Below the pieces are notes generated by a model. It did not search any database, was not told where the DNA came from, and worked only from the letters and a program-made list of their open reading frames with translations. The translations under genes were made by a program, and so were the position numbers. From Octopus bimaculoides (taxonomy: Eukaryota), in the NCBI RefSeq assembly GCF_001194135.2, contig NC_068985.1, positions 85,898,415 through 85,962,414 on the forward strand: a stretch of DNA of 64,000 bases. Reading direction: 5' to 3'. Below, one piece after another: positions 13,101 to 27,197 of this stretch (position 1 is its first letter; every line of letters begins with the position of its first letter).

Positions 13101-15918
13101 ATATCTCCAGTCCACTCTGTAAAATGGTTAGAATTAGGGCAGTCAACCATAGAAACCCAACTGAAAATGATATTCACAACTGAGACTCACTTCTCCAATC
13201 TGTGTGGGTGAGAAACGTTTTCAAATACATGGATGTTGCCTGGACCTGATTAGGGTGACCCATTTGATCCATGCCAGTATTGAAGGTAGACATGTGATGG
13301 TGAAGCTGCTGCTGATGATACTGAGTTAGTCACAGAAGGAAGGGTATTCACCATTACCAGTTTTTAAGGACTTTGGTGACTAGTGACAGGAAGCAACCAA
13401 GTTATTCTCAAACTGGTTTCAATTCTGACAACAGTGGAAACTCCATTAAACTCACTCACAGACTAAATTGATTGACAGAGTTAGCTAACCCTTATGGAAC
13501 AGAGTAAAACACACTGAATTCAAATTATATATCATCAGAAGTAAACAAACAAAACTGCTTGCAGTAACTGACAGGTTTAGGGAGCTGGAATTTTGTATGA
13601 AAAATCAAGAACTTAGGTGCAACACCAAGTTTGCTTTTATGAGGAAAAAATGCTTTGTTTTGAGGATATAATTGTTCTCAACATCAGTATTTCTTTCTGT
13701 GAAAGTGAATGAGAAACGAAAACAAAAAAATATAAAATAAAAAATAAAAATGATAATAATAATAAACCTGAAATCAGAAATACTAAAGATATCTTGAACT
13801 AACTTCAAGTTAATTCAAAAATTAACAGAATGCTGAATATTCTTGCTCTGCAGGCATAATTCTTCTTATGATTATATATAACCAACCATTATTATAGTTT
13901 GAAAAAATTAGTTACATACCAATAACAAAACCAAAAACAAGATAACCAAAGACTTAGTGCTATACAGACATCATAATCTACTCAACCAACCGGTTGAAAA
14001 AAAAATATTCATTAATTTTCTCCGATTCAAATAGCACTCGTCACATTTTTCTGCAAAAATTTTTAACACCTAATATAATAGAGTCTTTTATAACTTTTCT
14101 CAAATCAATATCTAAATTGTATTTTTCCATGAGTATCATTGGAATTTAATTTATTCCACAGAATTCTACTCTACCAAGTTCTTCACATTCAGAAAAATTT
14201 TCACAATAAAAACAGAACAGGGCAATATTAATTGATCATTTGAAAAGAAGAAAATAAAGATAATATAAAAAAAACAATAAATAAAAGGAATATGAATAAA
14301 ACAATAAATAATACAGTAAAAAGATTTGCAAGAAAAAAAGAAAACAAAAAAAGAAAATATTTTCTTGCAGCATTAAGAACAAGTTCTTTCATTCAGAAAT
14401 AAAATTAATGCTTTATTGCTTATCAAATAATGGTCGTCTTCTTTCAAGAACTTAAGAACTCTGATCACTGGTAATTAACTGTTGGCAATATTAATTTCTA
14501 GCAATAGTCATCATATTNNNNNNNNNNNNNNNNNNNNNNNNNNNNNNNNNNNNNNNNNNNNNNNNNNNNNNNNNNNNNNNNNNNNNNNNNNNNNNNNNNN
14601 NNNNNNNNNNNNNNNNNNNNNNNNNNNNNNNNNNNNNNNNNNNNNNNNNNNNNNNNNNNNNNNNNNNNNNNNNNNNNNNNNNNNNNNNNNNNNNNNNNNN
14701 NNNNNNNNNNNNNNNNNNNNNNNNNNNNNNNNNNNNNNNNNNNNNNNNNNNNNNNNNNNNNNNNNNNNNNNNNNNNNNNNNNNNNNNNNNNNNNNNNNNN
14801 NNNNNNNNNNNNNNNNNNNNNNNNGTATATATATATACACACACACACAACCAAAAGAGCTACAAATAGTTTCATGCTATTATGATACTTGACAGGCATA
14901 TTTATAAAATATGCCATGTACCTTAAAGTAATCTTTCAAGCGCTGTTTATGTGTTATATATAATTTTTAAAAACAAGGATGCTGGACAGTAAGAAAAGGA
15001 GAAAAAATGTGGAAAAAGCATGAAGAAGGTTGGTTTGAAAATTAGAATGAGAAAAAAAGAAATGAAATCAAGAACTATTATCCTTGTCCTCCCTGATTGC
15101 AGAAAACTCATTAATACAACTGGTTTAGAACAAAATAACAGAAAATATGTCAAAGTCTACAAAATGGCAACTCAGTCTGGAGTGGGTGGAGCTCTCCGTT
15201 TCGATAAAAGAAACTTGTCCATATGTCTACACCTGCTAAAAATTTCAAATCGCAAATTAAGTGGTGTGTTGGCATTGCTGGATCAAAGGAGAATATGAGA
15301 TCTTTCTGCTATGCATAAATTGCATTTCTTAGATCCATTAACATCTGACTTGGATTTCCCCACTATTCTCCACTTAATTGTATGTGGTATGGAGCTGCTC
15401 TTCAAACTCCATATATGGTTAGCCAACTTGGATATATGCATGTATGTAGGTCAGGCCACCCTTGGTGTCACTAGTAAAATATAGCCTAATACAATCTGTT
15501 GCATGATGGGCCATTGGTAACTGAATTGGTAACCTTACCAAGCTTGCTTAGTAAGGAAGGTGGTCTTTCATTGGACAGTCTGCAGGAGGAACAACAAAAC
15601 CTATCAAAGGAAGGATGAATTCAGAAGAGCGGAGGGCCATCCAACTGCTGAGATTGAAAGATCTCGGTTCTTTGTTTAGACTTCTCTGTAGGAGAAGGAA
15701 ATTTCAAAATAACACCCACCTTCTTGCAAAGTGGGAGATGTTGTTCTTGCTTGTTTGTTGACCCCTTGGCTTTCTCAGTGAGTGTCTCAGCGGTGTTGGG
15801 CAAGCAGTTAGGGACTTTCAATTTCAGCACAAGCATTGCTGACGGTCGTTGTCTTTAACATCTAGGATAATTTGCCAGTGATGTTCCTACTCATCTAGGA
15901 GTTGACACTCACCATATA

Positions 15919-15992
<74 letters not shown>

Positions 15993-16304
15993 GTGAGTTT
16001 GTGCTTCTTTGTCTTGGTATCATGCAACAGTAAGAGGTGTGTGACAGTAAGAGTATCCAGCTGGTGAAAATCTGCCTCGACAAATTCTATCTGACCCATG
16101 CAAACATAGAAAAATGGGCGTTAAAATGATGATGATGATGATTCAGTAAATGTGCACAAACAATTGTTGTCTTTCGGCAAAATATATCTCGGACTATATT
16201 ATCCAATATGTCCTTCCTTTTAGAAAACGATGAGAGAGATGTGAATGACGTTCCCTTGTAAATCTTTGACCACTTGTGGCTTTTAGCTTGCTCATGTCCA
16301 ACAG

Positions 16305-16379
16305 GCTGCTCTTGCTGACTTGATGCTCAAAGGAAATGAGACAGAATTGGAAGATGTGCCATTGAAAGGAGGAATCTAA
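16305..16379 (+). CDS. Possible isolated terminal exon (AALADLMLKGNETELEDVPLKGGI*)
   Basis: Acceptor ..CTCATGTCCAACAG| then 24 protein-like codons and TAA. No partner exon identified. Confidence 0.15.
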   Translation, partial: AALADLMLKGNETELEDVPLKGGI

Positions 16380-17352
16380 GACAAACACAGAGAAATGTTC
16401 TGAGATGAGATATTAGGATATCGGACAGACAGAGATGAGACAGAGCAAAAGGGGTGGAGTGGCATGGTGTACTGAACACTCATTCAACTCATTCACCTCA
16501 TTGATGATGATGACGACAACAATTGTGGTGGTGATGGTGGTGGTGAGGATGACAGAATTTGTGCTAAGTTGATGATGATAATGATGATGATGAGTGACTA
16601 GGTTTAGTGGACTCTTGACCTCACAGGCAGCACAATAACTGGAACATGACAATGATGAAAGAAAATTAATAATAATTAAATGAAAACACAAAAAATACAA
16701 CTACACACAAAACAACAACAAAGCCAAAAAACAAACAAAGAAACTTCTCCAAAACTAAAAAAGAAAAAAAAAACGACCAAACTTGCAACGGCAAGGTTAA
16801 ATGTCTACCACACATTCTGGCAATATTTGCATGAAATGTTCTGCATTTAACAATAGACAAAAGAAAACATAATTTAAAAGTGATTTCTGAGAAGACAAAA
16901 AAGAAAAAGAAACTATCAGCACCTAATGTAACAGTTGATAGAGAAAATATAGATTCTCTCTCAACAACATCAACATCAACAACAACAATAATAATAATAT
17001 AGCTACATTACAAGGAGAGAACAATGTTGTTAAGTTCTTTCATGGAAAACTGTATTTTATTCTTCTCTAGCTGTGTTTACATGTCACTATGAATTCTATT
17101 AACTGATTGAATGTCACTTACCATAGCTTAATCTAATCATGCGGATAATTTTGGCTGTTCACTAATAATAACTCTGCAGGAGCTTTTCTTTGCCTTTCAT
17201 TCATTTTCCCTTTAGCTTCGTATATGAAGTGCAATTCAATGCTTTTGTTACTAAAAAAACTAACCGACCGTATTTGAACAAGAATCTAAAAAAGACAGAA
17301 AGAAAGAAAATAATAATCATAATAGTATTTCTCTTATCTAACATCTCTCTTT

Positions 17353-17384
<32 letters not shown>

Positions 17385-17849
17385 CAACAAGTCAAAAAAT
17401 GGAAAGAGAAAACATACAGAAATAACAAGAACAAAAAGATATATAAATATATCTACAATATATATATATATATATATATTTATGAAGTATGCTGGCATCA
17501 TATAGTGGAAGATATGAAAATTTTAAATTTTGTATCAAATCATATTTTTAATAAAAAAAAAGGAGGGAAAAAAAGAATTGCTATAGAAATAAAAAAGAGA
17601 ATTTCTCTTGCGAATTTAATGTTTTTTTTTTTTACATGTTTTTCTCTGGTGAATATATTATGTCTTTTGTTGTTTAAAAATCTTTTGCATTGAATGGGAA
17701 AAAACAAAAAAGAAGCTAAATCCTTTGTAAGTAACATAGGGTTAGATATATCGGTTGAAAGACGAGAGGAAAGAAAAAAGGAAAGCAATCTCTAGACACC
17801 TCTTTTGCCGCTAGTCACAGAAAAATTCCCTTTCAGAAAATAGATTCCA

Positions 17850-18087
17850 GATGATGATGATGATGAGAAATGATAATAATAATAATAATGATAATAATAA
17901 TAATAATAATAATGAGAAGAAGAAGACGAAGAAGAAGAAGAAGAAGAAGAAGAAGAAGAAGAAGAAGAAGAAGAAGAACAACAACAACAACAACAACAAC
18001 AAAAACACAAGTCTAAAAAAGTCATTGGCCCATCTGAAATATTTATCACTATGTTGGTGGTATAACAATAATGATAATAACAATAAC

Positions 18088-18123
<36 letters not shown>

Positions 18124-18125
18124 TG
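17850..18125. repeat. Compound trinucleotide microsatellite GAT-AAT-AAG-AAC-AAT
   Basis: Successive triplet blocks seen directly. Confidence 0.95.
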
Positions 18126-18404
18126 CTCTACAAAACGTAAAAGATTACCTGGCCCATCTGAACTGTGTATCTCGACTACAATAGTGCAATAATTGCTCAT
18201 AGCAAATGAAATTGATTCAGCACTAATTGGCAACTTGAAATTTAATTTAGTTGATGTATTTATAAATAAAAGAGATAAAATTCCAAGGTAAACTATTCCA
18301 CATTTTCTAGGCAACCCACATAGCCTCAGGTTACTGAGGTTTAACCATAAACTTTCTTCATGATTGGGTTACAACTTACAAGTTCCATTATTTTTTGTGT
18401 CTTT

Positions 18405-18483
<79 letters not shown>

Positions 18484-18837
18484 TCTCTCTCCCTCTCTCT
18501 CTCACTCTTTCACACACACACACACAAAATTAGATGGATTTTTTTTGCTTCTGGTTCCTTCAAGGACGTTTAAACATCTTTAGTAGTGATAAAAAATAAA
18601 ATATAATAAAATGTTTTTTTCATGTCACTCAGCAAATAAATTGTCTTTGCAGAAGATTATTGTATTCAAGGAAAGGTGTTTTCAAATGGATTGGGAAAAG
18701 AACAAGACCTGTGCATGTGGCTGAAAGTCAATCTTTCATTTCATGTCTGTGTAATGGTGGATTTTGAAATGAAAGGTAAAACAACTGCCAAACCCTTCCA
18801 TGGTGAAGTACACTCTTTATTTCATAGAAAGATTACT

Positions 18838-19060
18838 TATCATCATCATTTAACTCTGTTTTCAATGCTGGCATGGGTTGGATGGTTTAACAGGAGCTGG
18901 TTCCATAGCCTGTTTTGGCATCATGGTTCCAACAGCTGGATGTCCTTCCTAGCGCCAACCACTTTACAGAGTGTGGACTGGGTGATTTTTATGTAGCACC
19001 GGTACCACTCCTTTTTTTTACAAGGCACCAGCACAGGTGCTTTTTTATGTGGCTCCATCA
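18838..19060 (-). mobile_element. RTE-tail retroposon with (GAT)n tail
   Basis: Reverse complement has AAAGTGGTTGGCGCTAGGAAGGACATCCAGCTG..AACCCATGCCAGCATTGAAAACAGAGTTAAATGATGATG. Confidence 0.75.
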
Positions 19061-19829
19061 CTATTATGTTTATGAAAATAATGCCTGTTTGGAGTTGAGA
19101 CTGTGTGAAGTTCCATGCCTAGCATGATATTTAATTCTGATAAACCTCCGTATGCTCCATCTCTTGTTTTCATATCTAATGTTACATCGTTGACATCTAT
19201 GAACTGAAGATTGCAGTATACAAAATGAAGTAATGGTTTGACAGCTGCTTTCCTTTATAATGTTGTCTGCCATTATATGTACATAGAACAAAAGATAGCC
19301 TCTTAGTAATGTTATAGATTATGAAAGAAGAAAAAAATTATTATTTATAATTTTCCAGACAGATAATTTTATCATTTTCTTTGGAGAGAAATAATTATGT
19401 TTTAAATCAAGAGACCCTTGTCAGATCTAGACATTTTCCAAGTCGATTAGGAATGTTAACCAATAATAAACAGCAGCTTAATTTAAACGTATCGAATATT
19501 TAGAGAGAGAAAAATGGAAGAAGAAAAGATAAAAATACAGTTATCAAATGACCCCGAAATTAACACCTTTATTTTTCTGATCAGTTACAGATTTAGAAAT
19601 ATAACAATATTCCTGGTTCATTAAACAGTGTCGTTAGAGAGTTCATTTAATTTAAACTTTCATTATCAAACAGGGATACAAAACTCTTTCTTGTCAGCGT
19701 TCCGAAAGAGAGCATTTTTTTTATTATTTTGTTTAATGGTAATTTTATTTCTAATCAGTAAATGAACAGATGATGATGATGATGATGAAGATGATGGGGG
19801 ATGAGAGTAACAATGATGATAGCAAAACC

Positions 19830-19900
<71 letters not shown>

Positions 19901-22299
19901 ATATTTGAAATGGTAACAAGCTGCTGGAAATATACACTTTAAAAATATTCTGCTGTATATAAGAGATGTAGAGGTGTTTCTAGTCACCTTAGTTCAAACT
20001 TTCAAATATGAAAAAGCCTTACTTTGAATCCAGAAGTTTCTTGTTCAGTCCCACTGTGCAGCACATTGAACAAGTGTCCTCATCCATAGCCTGAGGCTAT
20101 CAAAGTCTTATGGAGGAATTCGATAGACTGTGTCTGAGTGTGAGTGTGTGTGTGTGTGTGTGTGTGCGCACACACATGTGCATATGCATGTGTCTCCTTG
20201 TCTTGACATCATACATTAATTGTAAACAAACATCCCCACAATACAAGTGGTGGCGTTCGTTTGCAATATTCTGTGATAATGTGTCTACCCTTTATGCTCT
20301 TTGTGTTTGAAGGACTAGGAAAAAATATTATCTTGCTTAGGAGCAGGTGAGGGTTGCTGACAGCTAGGGCATCTGGCCATAGAAAAATCTACCAAGACAA
20401 ATTTTATCTGGTCCATGCAGGACTAGAAACGTGGATGTGAAAGCCATAATGATAAATACTACAGCATATAACACTGAATCATTTGAAGTTATTAAAATGT
20501 TCTTCTATTTAACCTACAATAATCCCAACGTGAATTTGAACAAATGATAATAATGTAAATAGAGTCCATTTAAAACAGACACAAACTTACACAAATGCTC
20601 TGATATGCTCAACACAATTACATAGTTGTCTTCAATGTAACATACACACAAACACAAGCCACACAACTGTGTATGTGTGCATGTGTGTATTTGTGTATGT
20701 AAGAGATAAGTTAGAGAACGTATGGAAATATTCATAGAATAACAATCTTGTCTCAGCAGAAATAGACATCAGAGCAAAGATATGCCACAAAAACAAAACA
20801 AAAAAAAAAAATTCTATAAATAAATGAAATAAAAAAAAAAGGTAAAGTCATTAAAGAACTACTCTACAGAAACTGATCCTGAAAGTAAAAGCAATAATTC
20901 TTCACCAGACAAATATTCACTAATATTGAAAATAATATTCAAACTTTTCATTTATTTACAACCAAAATATCATGTTTTTCTTTTTTTGGCAACCAATTCC
21001 TCTGCAAGCTCCATTCTAATAATCAGTAACCCTGATCAAAGAATGCGATGTTACTTATCCTCCTCCACACCATTATTACCGCCACTGGTTACAGTTCGGC
21101 TCCATTTAAAATTTACCATTTCTTTTAAGATAGCTACTAGTTGTAACTAATTTCCCCCTGTGATATGTTTAAAAAGCTGAAAGATACCTACTAAATATTG
21201 TGAGAAGATTGCATGTCAAAAAATATAAAATTAAAAGTAAAATGCTCAGATTATTTTTCTCTACAATATCAAATCAGTTCAGTCTTTCCTCGAAGAAATA
21301 TCAGCATTGAAATCTTTAGAAATTTTAACATTGGCATTTATTATATGGTATTGTTAAAATCTACAGGTGAAAATATATATAAAATGTTATGTGTGTGTGT
21401 GTGTGTGTATATGTGTATTTATATATATATATATATATANNNNNNNNNNNNNNNNNNNNNNNNNNNNNNNNNNNNNNNNNNNNNNNNNNNNNNNNNNNNN
21501 NNNNNNNNNNNNNNNNNNNNNNNNNNNNNNNNNNNNNNNNNNNNNNNNNNNNNNNNNNNNNNNNNNNNNNNNNNNNNNNNNNNNNNNNNNNNNNNNNNNN
21601 NNNNNNNNNNNNNNNNNNNNNNNNNNNNNNNNNNNNNNNNNNNNNNNNNNNNNNNNNNNNNNNNNNNNNNNNNNNNNNNNNNNNNNNNNNNNNNNNNNNN
21701 NNNNNNNNNNNNNNNNNNNNNNNNNNNNNNNNNNNNNNNNNNNNNNNNNNNNNNNNNNNNNNNNNNNNNNNNNNNNNNNNNNNNNNNNNNNNNNNNNNNN
21801 NNNNNNNNNNNNNNNNNNNNNNNNNNNNNNNNNNNNNNNNNNNNNNNNNNNNNNNNNNNNNNNNNNNNNNNNNNNNNNNNNNNNNNNNNNNNNNNNNNNN
21901 NNNNNNNNNNNNNNNNNNNNNNNNNNNNNNNNNNNNNNNNNNNNNNNNNNNNNNNNNNNNNNNNNNNNNNNNNNNNNNNNNNNNNNNNNNNNNNNNNNNN
22001 NNNNNNNNNNNNNNNNNNNNNNNNNNNNNNNNNNNNNNNNNNNNNNNNNNNNNNNNNNNNNNNNNNNNNNNNNNNNNNNNNNNNNNNNNNNNNNNNNNNN
22101 NNNNNNNNNNNNNNNNNNNNNNNNNNNNNNNNNNNNNNNNNNNNNNNNNNNNNNNNNNNNNNNNNNNNNNNNNNNNNNNNNNNNNNNNNNNNNNNNNNNN
22201 NNNNNNNNNNNNNNNNNNNNNNNNNNNNNNNNNNNNNNNNNNNNNNNNNNNNNNNNNNNNNNNNNNNNNNNNNNNNNNNNNNNNNNNNNNNNNNNNNNN

Positions 22300-22330
<31 letters not shown>

Positions 22331-23735
22331 TATACACACACACTTATATATCCATAAACACACATACATATGCTTATAAATACATACATAGAAAATGTTG
22401 ATTGTGTCATACCAATGTAGAAATTATTCCGCCCACCATTTGAAACTGCTTCAAAAATGATCTGCGAGGTCCTACCTTCTCATAAATACACAGATAAAGT
22501 GTTGATTGTGCCATACACCCATAAGGAACATATCTCCACCCACATCATAATGATCTGTTCAAAAATGTTTTCAAGACCCTATTTTCCTGTAAAACATGAC
22601 ATTCCTACTAAAATTATTTTCTATGTTGTCTTCAAGAAGGATTGTTCTTTTGGTCACTGCCAAGTCCCACCAGAACCAGGATGTATTGATACCTTTAAAA
22701 ATAAGGATTACTTGTTGAACATTCATATATAAGCATCCATCCAGACTTGACACTGTCCTATGTTACAGCAAGAAAAGTCACGCACAACTTTCGAGATCAG
22801 CTGCCCAACAAAGAGAAATGTCTTATCTAATACTGAACGTACAACTTTTGCAGAGATTTTCATTTGAACATAATATATATGGTGGGCAACTGTAACAAAA
22901 GATATACCTGAAAGCCTTGAAACATTGCGATTTTTGAAGAAAGAACAAAGAAAACTGACCCCCCAAAAATTTGTAGAACATGCCAAAGTTGCCAAGAATG
23001 AACATATGCATGCAACCACGTGTGCATATGGTATGTACACACACACACATACACACACACACCAACATGCACAGATTAATCAAGTAAACAGACTTATTGA
23101 TTAAAAAAACAAATACATCTGTTACATAACTCAAACACAAAAGCCTCCTTCTAACTTTGTTAATGACAAGCTTAAATTAATAAGGTGTTTATATATAAGA
23201 ATAGTAACGAACGTGTTAATGGAATATTGACTACGGATACAGAACAAAGTTTGACAAAATTAAGTCTGGATTATATAAACAAATCATGTGATTGTGGTGG
23301 GAAACACTTTTTTGCTTTCTTCCATCAACTTGTGAAAAGCAAAAAAAGTGCAGCATTGCAAAGAAAAGAATCAAACTCACTGCTTTTCTTTTGACATAAA
23401 TAACACCATAATCACAAGAAGTCTCGTACACTCTGTAATGGTGCCATGCATAAAGCACCCAGCCCACTCTGCAAAGTGGCTGGCATTAGGAAGGGCATCC
23501 AACCGTTTGGATCCTGTCAAATCAATCCTTTCATGCTTCATTGCATTATCATTGAATGATGTAGCATCGTTTTTGGGAGGGAAAACCAGTTTGGGGGTTA
23601 CGATTCTTTCCATGTGATTGATTATGGTCAGAAAATCATGGATATGAGAAAACGAAAAAGTGATATGATTCTTAATAATAACAATAATAATAAAAATGTG
23701 ATGCACGTGGATTTTATTTTTGCATAGTCTGTGTG

Positions 23736-23804
<69 letters not shown>

Positions 23805-23805
<1 letters not shown>

Positions 23806-24055
23806 GGTGTGTATGTGTGATAAGTAGCTTGCTTACCAACCACATGGTTCTGGGTTCAGTCTCACTTCGTGGTACCTTGGGCAAGTGTCCTCTATTACAG
23901 CCTCAGACTGACCAAAGTTTTGTGAGTGGATTTGGTAGATGGAAACTGAAAGAAGTCTGTCGTATATATATATNNNNNNNNNNNNNNNNNNNNNNNNNNN
24001 NNNNNNNNNTATATATAAATATATATATTTATATACACATACATACATACATACA

Positions 24056-24124
<69 letters not shown>

Positions 24125-24210
24125 GTTTGTGTGTCTGTATTTGTTACCCCACCATCGCTTGACAACCGATGTTGGTGTGTTTACATCCCCGTAACATAGT
24201 GGTTCTGCCC
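23805..24210 (+). mobile_element. SINE family A (3'-truncated), left half of an inverted pair
   Basis: Head GTAGCTTGCTTACCAACCACATGGTTCTGGGTTCAGTC; body and microsatellite tract; ends at GTGGTTC. Confidence 0.85.
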
Positions 24211-24460
24211 AATACTTATTCTACCAGTCTCTTTTACCGAACTGCTAGTTACAGGGACATAAACACACCAACATCGGTTGTCAAGCGATGGTAAGGTGGC
24301 AAACACAGACACAGACACACAAACACGCACATATATATACAACAGGCTTCTTTCAGTTTCCATCTACCAAATCCACTCACAAGGCTTTGGTTAGTCCGAG
24401 ATTATAGTAGAGGACACTTGCCCAAGTTGCTATGCAGTAGGACTGAACCCAGAACCTTCA
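24211..24460 (-). mobile_element. SINE family A, right half of the inverted pair
   Basis: Reverse complement of 24211-24445 aligns by eye to 23850-24205 (CAACATCGGTTGTCAAGCGATGG versus CCATCGCTTGACAACCGATGTTG). Confidence 0.85.
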
Positions 24461-25141
24461 CCTACACACACACAGAGACTTGACAAGCTTCAATGCAGCT
24501 TCCTTCTACCTAATCCATTAACACAGTATTATTCAGCCTGGGGTTATGGTAGAAGAGTCTTGCCTAAGGTGCAGCACAATGGAACTGAACCTGAGACCAT
24601 GTGGTGGCTAAGTAATTGTCTTTACTTCCCAGTCATGCTTATTTCAGTATTCTTCCTCCATTGGAATTAGAAACAACAGAAAACATTTGACAAAGTTCAG
24701 AAGAATAGATTACAGTAGATTCTTTATTGAAGGGAACAGGAGAGATTTTTTTATATTCAAAGCTCAACAAGGGCCAAACTAAACCCACAAGATTAATGTC
24801 TTTATTTGTATTTGCGATATTTAGTCTTATATTTAACTCTGCTTTACCTTAACATGAAAGTCATGAGGAAAGCATAACAAATGCAGAATAAGTAAAATGC
24901 CAAAAATGCATGTTTCATGAAAAAGACAAAACCACGAAGAAATAAACTTTTTAAAAAGTGCCTTCTTTTCTTCCATCTGCCCTTTCACTGCCCACCACAC
25001 CTCTTTCTCATTGTTAAATCAAAGAAACAGCAACAGGAAGAAGAAAAAAAAGAAAGAAAGAAAATAATTGCTGAAGGTAAAACATAAAGCTATCACTTCC
25101 ACTCCACTAATAACAACAGCAAAAGCACACACATATATCAC

Positions 25142-25249
<108 letters not shown>

Positions 25250-25384
25250 TGTGTGTGTGTGTGTATTTATAAACAGATATGTATATCTATGTATTCTAAA
25301 ACTTCTCAGAACATTTTCGAAGCCAAGTTTAGAGAATATGGTAGTCAAAGAGGAAAGCGTTCATCCAATTACTTGATTACTTAC

Positions 25385-25401
25385 TGAAGGACCAAATTAT
25401 T
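25385..25401 (-). CDS. Candidate 17-nt microexon (AATAATTTGGTCCTTCA)
   Basis: Minus strand reads CATTAAC (branch-like)..ATTGCTTTTATTTCAG|exon|GTAAGTAA, near-consensus on both sides. No transcript evidence. Confidence 0.3.
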
Positions 25402-25445
25402 CTGAAATAAAAGCAATAATGTTAATGCCTTAATAACAACAGCAC

Positions 25446-25484
<39 letters not shown>

Positions 25485-25649
25485 GAAGAAGAAGAAGAAG
25501 AAGAAGAAGAATGATAATGATAACAATAATGATAATAATAATAATCTTTTGTTGCCACAAGTGCGATGGATGAGGGGACATTACCGGGACAGGTCGCAAA
25601 AAGTGTGGAGGTTTGAAGAGAAATCAAATGTATGGGAAAAACAAAAGGA

Positions 25650-25706
<57 letters not shown>

Positions 25707-26314
25707 GCACAAACAACAGCAACAACAAAACAGTGATAATGATAATTTGTTTTGTTTCATTTCTTTATCAGTGGAAATGTACTTGCAATTCATCATTTTA
25801 TGATTATTCCCAGGAGCTATGGCAAAATACTGTTTTTATAGATCTATTATTATTATTATTATTGCTAGTAGTAATAGCAGCACCAGTGATAATGGTGAGT
25901 GAAGGTGATAAAATATTTGTTAGTAGCTGCAAAGTCAGTTATATATGTAAAGTATCTGGAAACAAATTATTTACACTTTCACCTAAATTCGTTAACCTGA
26001 GTTCAGAACAAGTATAGATCATCATCATCATCGTCGTCATTGCCATCATCATCATCATCATCATCGTTAATGTGTGCAAGAGTTGTGGTGGAATTACAGG
26101 TAGGCTGATAGTGATTTAAGATGTGGCAGATGTACAAAAGTAGCAATGAACCCTCACAGCACCAGTGAAATATATTCCATGTAATGCTCAGGTGACTTTA
26201 TAGAAACTGTTGATAGCTTCTGTTACCTAGGTAACTTAATAAGTAGTAGGGAGGTTGGTGGTGGTGGGGGTGTTTTGAAAACAACCAGAGTTAAAACAGG
26301 GTGGAAAAAGTTAA

Positions 26315-26870
26315 GGGAATTATAAACTCTACTGGGATTCTCACTCTAAGAGAAGAACAGATTGTATGATTCTTGTGTAGAAATTGCAAACCTGAATCGT
26401 AGTGAGGGGTGGGCACCAAATGGAGAGGAAATGCAAAAGCTGGAAAGAAATGATCAGGATGTGTAATATTAGTGGACATGAACAATGAAGCAGGGATGAG
26501 CTGAGAGAAAGGAGGATACAAGAAGAATGAAGTGTGTAAGAGCGATGGCTGTGAGGGTTTAGCTAAATAGAGAGAGAGAGAGAGAGAGAGATGATAAGAT
26601 ATGATGTGAAGAAATGGCAGGAGATTGATGTGAAGGGAACCCATGAAAGCAAAAGGACCAAGGAAGACCTGAGAAGAAATGGTGAAGATAGATCTCAGGA
26701 AGCTGAAATTCATAAGAGACGGTAAAGAAACACTGCAAGTGGTAGGATACTCTGTTGGAAGGATAAGTTGATAACCCTTGCAAACATGGAGAAACAGATA
26801 TAAAAATAATGATGTCACTGATGATGATGATGATAATGATGATGATGATGATGATCATCATCATCTTCAT
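26315..26870 (+). mobile_element. Decayed RTE LINE 3' end with (GAT)n tail
   Basis: Degenerate homology to 42330-42800 (GGATGTGTAATATTAGTG, GAGCTGAGAGAAA, AGGAAGACCTG.GA.GA..TGGTGAAG...GA.CT); ends in (GAT)n. Confidence 0.7.
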
Positions 26871-27136
26871 CAATTCATTAATGAATATTTACTTTTATTG
26901 TGTTGTACGGGGACTGGCATGTGAAAGAATAGACCCAACGTTTCCTCTGCATGTTGTGGAAGGTGACTGGAAGAGGTCGAGTTAGGATTTGCACTCCGAC
27001 CTCATAAAACCCTCACTAGCAGACCCATAATTTGGAGGGCTGTCACCTGAGTGGTGCAAAGAGATCATCCGCCAGGAGTAGGGAATCACCAGCACATGGT
27101 TGATGCAACCAAGCGCTATTACAGCTCGTGTTTCCA

Positions 27137-27197
<61 letters not shown>

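Noticed and set aside
15539-15579. Minus-strand exon LSNERPPSLLSKL with strong splice sites
   Set aside because: It lies in a GC-richer block (15440-15850) that looks like the 5' region of an interspersed repeat. There is no phase-linked partner and I cannot separate the two explanations.
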